NCBI GenBank assembly: GCA_050011565.1
Contig: JBEKIW010000001.1
Location: 576,001 to 640,000 of the forward strand
Direction: 5' to 3'
Source of the DNA: Dehalococcoidia bacterium
GTDB taxonomy: Bacteria; Chloroflexota; Dehalococcoidia; GIF9; UBA5629
DNA length: 64,000 bases
A program made the translations under genes and the position numbers. Below are positions 59,489-64,000 of this stretch, piece by piece (within the stretch, counting starts at the first letter, position 1; every line of letters starts with the position of its first letter). The notes below the pieces were generated by a model, which did no database searches, had not been told where the DNA came from, and saw only the letters and a program-made list of their open reading frames with translations.

Positions 59489-59857
59489 TTAGTCAGTATC
59501 TTCGGAGACATCGCCGGCGCCTTTACCAATCAGCTCGGAAGGCATTTCACCCTTGTCCATCCTGCCAATCATATCTTCGTATTCCGGGGCGACTTCTTCA
59601 CCCTGGCTCATTCGCCGGTTCCATTCCGCCAAGGCACTGGGGTCGTCAGCCATCATGCCTCGCGTCAACTGCGAGTCGGAAAGGATATCTTCGTAAACAT
59701 CCTTATACGTTTTGCTGCGCACCGAGAAAGTGGAGAGCAGCCGCCGTAAAGTATCATTGCCGCATCGGGGGCAAGAAGGCAAGGCGTCGGAGAAAGTGCG
59801 CGAATATAACACTAGTTTTCGCTGGCACTGTTGGCACCAGTATTCATAGAGGGGCAT
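59489..59857 (-). CDS. FmdB-family zinc-ribbon protein (paralog)
   Basis: Start MPLYEYWCQQC; CPRCG; DDPSALAEW.RRM. Confidence 0.85.
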   Translation of the reverse strand: MPLYEYWCQQCQRKLVLYSRTFSDALPSCPRCGNDTLRRLLSTFSVRSKTYKDVYEDILSDSQLTRGMMADDPSALAEWNRRMSQGEEVAPEYEDMIGRMDKGEMPSELIGKGAGDVSEDTD

Positions 59858-59939
59858 TAATTTTCTCCTGATGTGCTGGAATTTTAGCACAATTGAGCAA
59901 AACTTAGAAACAAAAGCAGCATAATCACTGGAAGACGCA

Positions 59940-59968
59940 TTGACACTGAAGCGCCACTTCATTAAAAT
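59940..59968 (+). promoter_or_regulatory. Sigma70 promoter of the alaS operon
   Basis: TTGACA-17 nt-TAAAAT. Confidence 0.7.
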
Positions 59969-59986
59969 CCACACAGGTGAGAAATA

Positions 59987-62653
59987 GTGAATAGTGACCA
60001 GATAAGAAAAGCCTTTTTAGGCTTTTTCGAGGAAAAGCAGCACCATATTATTCCCAGCTCGTCTTTAGTGCCTCAAGACGACCCGACGCTCTTATTGACT
60101 ACCGCCGGCATGGTCCAAATCAAGCCTTATTTCCTGGGATCGGCAATACCACCAGCTCCGCGTTTGGTATCGTGCCAGAAGTGCTTCCGCACCACAGATA
60201 TCAATTCAGTCGGCGATGCCAGGCACCTGACTTTCTTTGAGATGCTGGGGAACTTCAGCGTGGGCGACTACTTTAAGAAGGAGGCTATAGCCTGGGCATG
60301 GGAATTTGTTACCGAACGGTTAAAGCTCAAGCCGGAACGACTGTGGGTATCCATCTATTTGGACGATGATGAATCGTTTGAATACTGGCGTAAAATTGGC
60401 TTTCCTGAAGATAAAATAGTGCGGCTCGGAGAGGCAGATAATTTCTGGGGTCCGGCCGGCGATTCGGGACCATGCGGGCCTTGCAGCGAAATACACTACG
60501 ATTTTGGCATGGAGGCCGGCTGCGGAAAGCCTGAATGCAGGCCCGGCTGCGACTGTGGGCGCTTTTCGGAAATATGGAACCTGGTTTTTACCCAGTACAA
60601 CCAGGACCGCGATGGAAAGCGAACCCCTTTGCCAAAGCCGAACATCGATACCGGAATGGGACTGGAAAGAACCGCAGCCATGATGCAGGGTGCGTCTTCA
60701 GTTTATGACACAGACCTTTTCATTCCCCTGCGAAATAAGATAAGCGACATAACCGGAGTGAAATATGGCAAGAGCCAAAGTAACGACCAGGCTGTCAGGA
60801 TTATAGCGGAACACGGTCGAGGCATCACCTTCCTCATCGCTGACGGTGTTCTGCCGTCCAACGAAGGCAGAGGCTACGTTCTGCGCCGGGTACTGCGGAG
60901 AGCCTGCTTTTTCGGCAGGAAACTGGGCACAGAGGAGCCATTCCTCAGCCGGATAGCGGAAACCGTTATCGCCGGTATGGGACACGTTTATCCTGAGCTG
61001 GTAAAAAACCACAGCCTTATACAAGAAGTAGTTAAGGTAGAAGAGGAAAAATTCACCAGCACCCTGGATGCCGGGATTAATCTGGTGGACAAAGCCGTCG
61101 ATGAGGCTCTGAGGCGGGGCAGAAACGTTATCACAGGCGAGGAAGCTTTCAGGTTTTGGGATACATACGGTTTTCCTCTGGAATTGACTGTCGAAATCTC
61201 TCGGGAAAAGGGACTGGATGTTGACGTAGCTGGCTTTGAGGCTGAGATGGAGAAGCAGCGGGAAAGAGCCAGGGCTGTTCACAAGTTCGGGGGCAATCAG
61301 GGTGTTGATAAGGTTAAAGCTACAAAAACTTATAAACCTGAGCCCACGAGCTTTATGGGCTATGATAAATTGAAGTCTAGCTCCAAGGTTAGCCACCTGT
61401 TTGACCAGAAGTCGTTGCAGCCAGTAGATTCTGCCGGCAAGGGCCAAAAGGTAGCTGTTGTTCTGGATAAGACGCCTTTCTATGGTGAGATGGGAGGACA
61501 GGTGGGCGATACCGGCAAGATAACCTCCGGCTCCAGCCAAATCGATATCACAGATACAGCTTGGTCTCCCTACGGCAATCTGGCTGAAGGCGCTATCATA
61601 CATCTGGGTCAGGTGGTTAAAGGGACTATCTCGGTAGGGGATTCCGTTGAAGCTTCGGTAGACTTAGCACGCCGTTTTGACACTGCCCGGAATCACACGG
61701 CTACTCACCTGCTTCAGGCAGCGCTGCGCCAGGTGCTGGGCAGCCACGTTCAGCAGAGAGGCTCTCTGGTTCATCCCGATGGCTTTCGGTTTGATTTCTC
61801 TCAACTGAACCCAATTAGTAAACAGCGGCTTGATGAAATACAGCACATCGTCAATGAACGGATAAGAGAGAATCTGCGCGTAGAAAGCAAAGAGATTCCT
61901 TATGAGCAGATTAAGCAAGATATTGAAAATGGTGATATCATCGCTCTTTTTGATGAGAAGTATAAAGACAAAGTTAGGGTGCTGAAAATAGGTGAATCTC
62001 CGATAAGCGCCGAACTCTGCGGTGGCACCCACGTCAAATCAACAGGTGAAATCGGTCTTTTTATCATAACCAGAGAAAGCAGCATAGGCACTGGTCTGCG
62101 CCGCATCGAAGCTGTCACCGGAAGAGGTGCTGAGACTTTGGTTCGAGAGCGACTTGAGGCACTTGAAACAATAGCCGAAGAGATGAGCACTTCAACCCAA
62201 GAAGCCCCCAAGAAGGTTAAGGCGGTTATTGCCGAGCTAACTGCTCAACTCAAACTTTCGGCTTCTCGGGAGATGGAGCTAGCAAGAGATAGGGTTGATA
62301 CCCTGCAGGGTAAAGCCGAGAAGGTCAACGGCATAACAGTGTTATCGGCTAAAGTGCCGTCGGCTTCGTTTGAAATCCTTAGAGAAATGGGAGATCTATT
62401 GAAAGACCGGTTGCAGAGCGCCGTTATTGTGCTGGGGACAGTTTACGACGGCAAACCTGGTTTTGTGGCTATGGTTACACCGGATTTGGTAAACAGAGGG
62501 CTGCATGCCGGCGACATCGTGAAGCAGGTTGCCGGGGTCACCGGTGGCGGTGGCGGCGGCAAGGCAAACATGGCACAGGCCGGAGGTAAAGACAAGAATA
62601 AGCTCGATGAGGCCCTGGAAGTGGTAAAGCGGTTGGTTCAGAAAGTCGGGTGA
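59987..62653 (+). CDS. alaS: Alanine--tRNA ligase
   Basis: HLTFFEMLGNFS, GPCGPCSEI, IDTGMGLER, HTATH, ELCGGTH, GGGGG..AQAGG. Confidence 0.98.
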   Translation: MNSDQIRKAFLGFFEEKQHHIIPSSSLVPQDDPTLLLTTAGMVQIKPYFLGSAIPPAPRLVSCQKCFRTTDINSVGDARHLTFFEMLGNFSVGDYFKKEAIAWAWEFVTERLKLKPERLWVSIYLDDDESFEYWRKIGFPEDKIVRLGEADNFWGPAGDSGPCGPCSEIHYDFGMEAGCGKPECRPGCDCGRFSEIWNLVFTQYNQDRDGKRTPLPKPNIDTGMGLERTAAMMQGASSVYDTDLFIPLRNKISDITGVKYGKSQSNDQAVRIIAEHGRGITFLIADGVLPSNEGRGYVLRRVLRRACFFGRKLGTEEPFLSRIAETVIAGMGHVYPELVKNHSLIQEVVKVEEEKFTSTLDAGINLVDKAVDEALRRGRNVITGEEAFRFWDTYGFPLELTVEISREKGLDVDVAGFEAEMEKQRERARAVHKFGGNQGVDKVKATKTYKPEPTSFMGYDKLKSSSKVSHLFDQKSLQPVDSAGKGQKVAVVLDKTPFYGEMGGQVGDTGKITSGSSQIDITDTAWSPYGNLAEGAIIHLGQVVKGTISVGDSVEASVDLARRFDTARNHTATHLLQAALRQVLGSHVQQRGSLVHPDGFRFDFSQLNPISKQRLDEIQHIVNERIRENLRVESKEIPYEQIKQDIENGDIIALFDEKYKDKVRVLKIGESPISAELCGGTHVKSTGEIGLFIITRESSIGTGLRRIEAVTGRGAETLVRERLEALETIAEEMSTSTQEAPKKVKAVIAELTAQLKLSASREMELARDRVDTLQGKAEKVNGITVLSAKVPSASFEILREMGDLLKDRLQSAVIVLGTVYDGKPGFVAMVTPDLVNRGLHAGDIVKQVAGVTGGGGGGKANMAQAGGKDKNKLDEALEVVKRLVQKVG

Positions 62654-62662
62654 TAGCTAAAG

Positions 62663-63085
62663 ATGCGCATATTGGGACTGGATATAGGGGATAAGAGAGT
62701 GGGGGTTGCCATCAGCGACCCCGAAGAAATTATAGCCAGTCCGCTGACGGTTATAACCAGAGACAACGATAGCTCGACCATAGACACCATTGTACGGCTC
62801 ATGGGCCAGTACGACGTAAAACTGATTGTAGTGGGCTTGCCTTATTCTTTAGACGGAAGCCTGGGCAGGCAGGCAAGCAAGGTAAAAGATTTTGTCGATA
62901 AGCTTTCCCAAAACACCAGTGCCGGCATCGAGCTATGGGACGAGCGCCTATCCACTGTGGCTGTGGAGCGCTTGCTGAGAGGAGCCGGAAATAAGAAGGC
63001 TAGAGAAAGGTCGCGCCTTGATGCTGCTGCCGCGGCTTTTATCTTGCAGGGATACCTGGATAGCCTGAAAGTCTGTGACCAGTGA
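62663..63085 (+). CDS. ruvX: Pre-16S rRNA nuclease / Holliday junction resolvase-like YqgF
   Basis: LGLDIGDKRVGVA.SD, VVGLP, WDERLST, AAA.ILQ.YLD. Confidence 0.93.
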   Translation: MRILGLDIGDKRVGVAISDPEEIIASPLTVITRDNDSSTIDTIVRLMGQYDVKLIVVGLPYSLDGSLGRQASKVKDFVDKLSQNTSAGIELWDERLSTVAVERLLRGAGNKKARERSRLDAAAAAFILQGYLDSLKVCDQ

Positions 63086-63957
63086 CACAGTTCATCGGCG
63101 TTATCGGTTACCCACTGAAGCACTCGATATCTCCTGACTTCCAGCAGGCAGCTTTAGATTACTACAAGCTCGATATGCGTTATGAAGCCCGGGAGGTGAA
63201 GGCCGACGATTTGCCGTCGGCCGTTAATCAACTGAGACAACCTCAGAATCTGGGAGCGAACATAACCGTACCTTATAAAGAGACGGTAATAGGCCTTTTA
63301 GACAAGATTGATGACTTTGCCGGACTTGTCGGCGCGGTGAACACGGTAGTCAATAGCGATGGCAGGCTGGCGGGTTTCAATACCGATGCGCCCGGTTTTC
63401 TTAAGGCCCTGCGTGTGGATGCCGGTTTTGAACCGGCAAACAAGAAGGTGCTCATTCTCGGCGCCGGCGGTGCCGCTCGCGCCGTTAGTTTTAGCCTACT
63501 GCAGGAAAAGGTAAGCGTTTTGATTATCGCTAACCGCTCCCTGGCGAAGGCAGAGAATTTAGCCGGCGCACTGGCTAAACAGGCGGCTAACAGCAAGATG
63601 AAAACCGAAATAGAGGTTGTTCCGTTATCAAGCGCGAATCTAAAGAAGACGGTGGTTCAATGTCAGTTGATAGTCAACTGTACCACAGTTGGGATGAAGT
63701 GTTCTTCTGAAGAGGGCCTGTCGCCTTTAGTGTCGGGTCTAATACCCAAAGATGCTCTGGTTTACGACTTGGTGTATAATCCTTCACAAACGCCATTGCT
63801 GAAAATGGCCAAAGCGGCGGGTACCAAAACCCTTGGCGGCTTGCCCATGCTGGTTTATCAGGGGGCTGCTTCGTTTAAGCTGTGGACGGGCAGGGAAGCA
63901 CCGCTTGACATAATGTTAACAGCCGCCAGGAAAGCATTAGTCGGAATAGGAGGTTAA
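63082..63957 (+). CDS. aroE: Shikimate dehydrogenase
   Basis: HSISP, NITVPYK, GAVNT, NTD, GAGGAARA, DLVYNP, MLVYQG. Confidence 0.95.
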   Translation: MTQFIGVIGYPLKHSISPDFQQAALDYYKLDMRYEAREVKADDLPSAVNQLRQPQNLGANITVPYKETVIGLLDKIDDFAGLVGAVNTVVNSDGRLAGFNTDAPGFLKALRVDAGFEPANKKVLILGAGGAARAVSFSLLQEKVSVLIIANRSLAKAENLAGALAKQAANSKMKTEIEVVPLSSANLKKTVVQCQLIVNCTTVGMKCSSEEGLSPLVSGLIPKDALVYDLVYNPSQTPLLKMAKAAGTKTLGGLPMLVYQGAASFKLWTGREAPLDIMLTAARKALVGIGG

Positions 63958-63960
63958 CCT

Positions 63961-64000
63961 ATGAAGAACTTTACGGCAATCATTTGCCTGACGGCTTTGC
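63961..64000 (+). CDS. 5' end of a gene running off the window (signal-peptide-like MKNFTAIICLTAL)
   Basis: AGGAGG RBS upstream of ATG 63961. Confidence 0.6.
   Translation, partial: MKNFTAIICLTAL

Overview
Bacterial chromosomal window, most consistent with an anaerobic Dehalococcoidia (Chloroflexota); this is inferred from gene content and order, not from a search. The left 37 kb is a glycan-biosynthesis island. It holds glmS, sugar dehydratases, rmlABD/C, eight intact glycosyltransferases, six SAM methyltransferases, a Wzx-type flippase, a DPM1-like GT2 and a DUF2206-like multi-pass protein. It ends in an archaeal-style STT3/AglB oligosaccharyltransferase. Embedded in it are two large secreted, N-X-S/T-rich modular proteins (a matrixin-like protease and an ice-binding/beta-helix adhesin) that share a repeated C-terminal stalk. 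The best candidate for an undescribed system is therefore an archaeal-type protein N-glycosylation pathway encoded together with its likely surface-protein substrates. The island carries several scars of cassette exchange: a duplicated rmlD 3' end coupled to rmlC, GT2 and GT4 remnants, and nested REP-like palindromes. A putative uORF/terminator attenuator precedes the adhesin. The right 27 kb is mostly housekeeping: surE, thiolase, argC, tRNA-Glu, tRNA-Ala, pyrD, a methylmalonyl-CoA pathway, an ABC module, hppA, a translin-family protein, thiE and alaS-ruvX-aroE. No CRISPR array, integrase, transposase or reverse transcriptase was seen.
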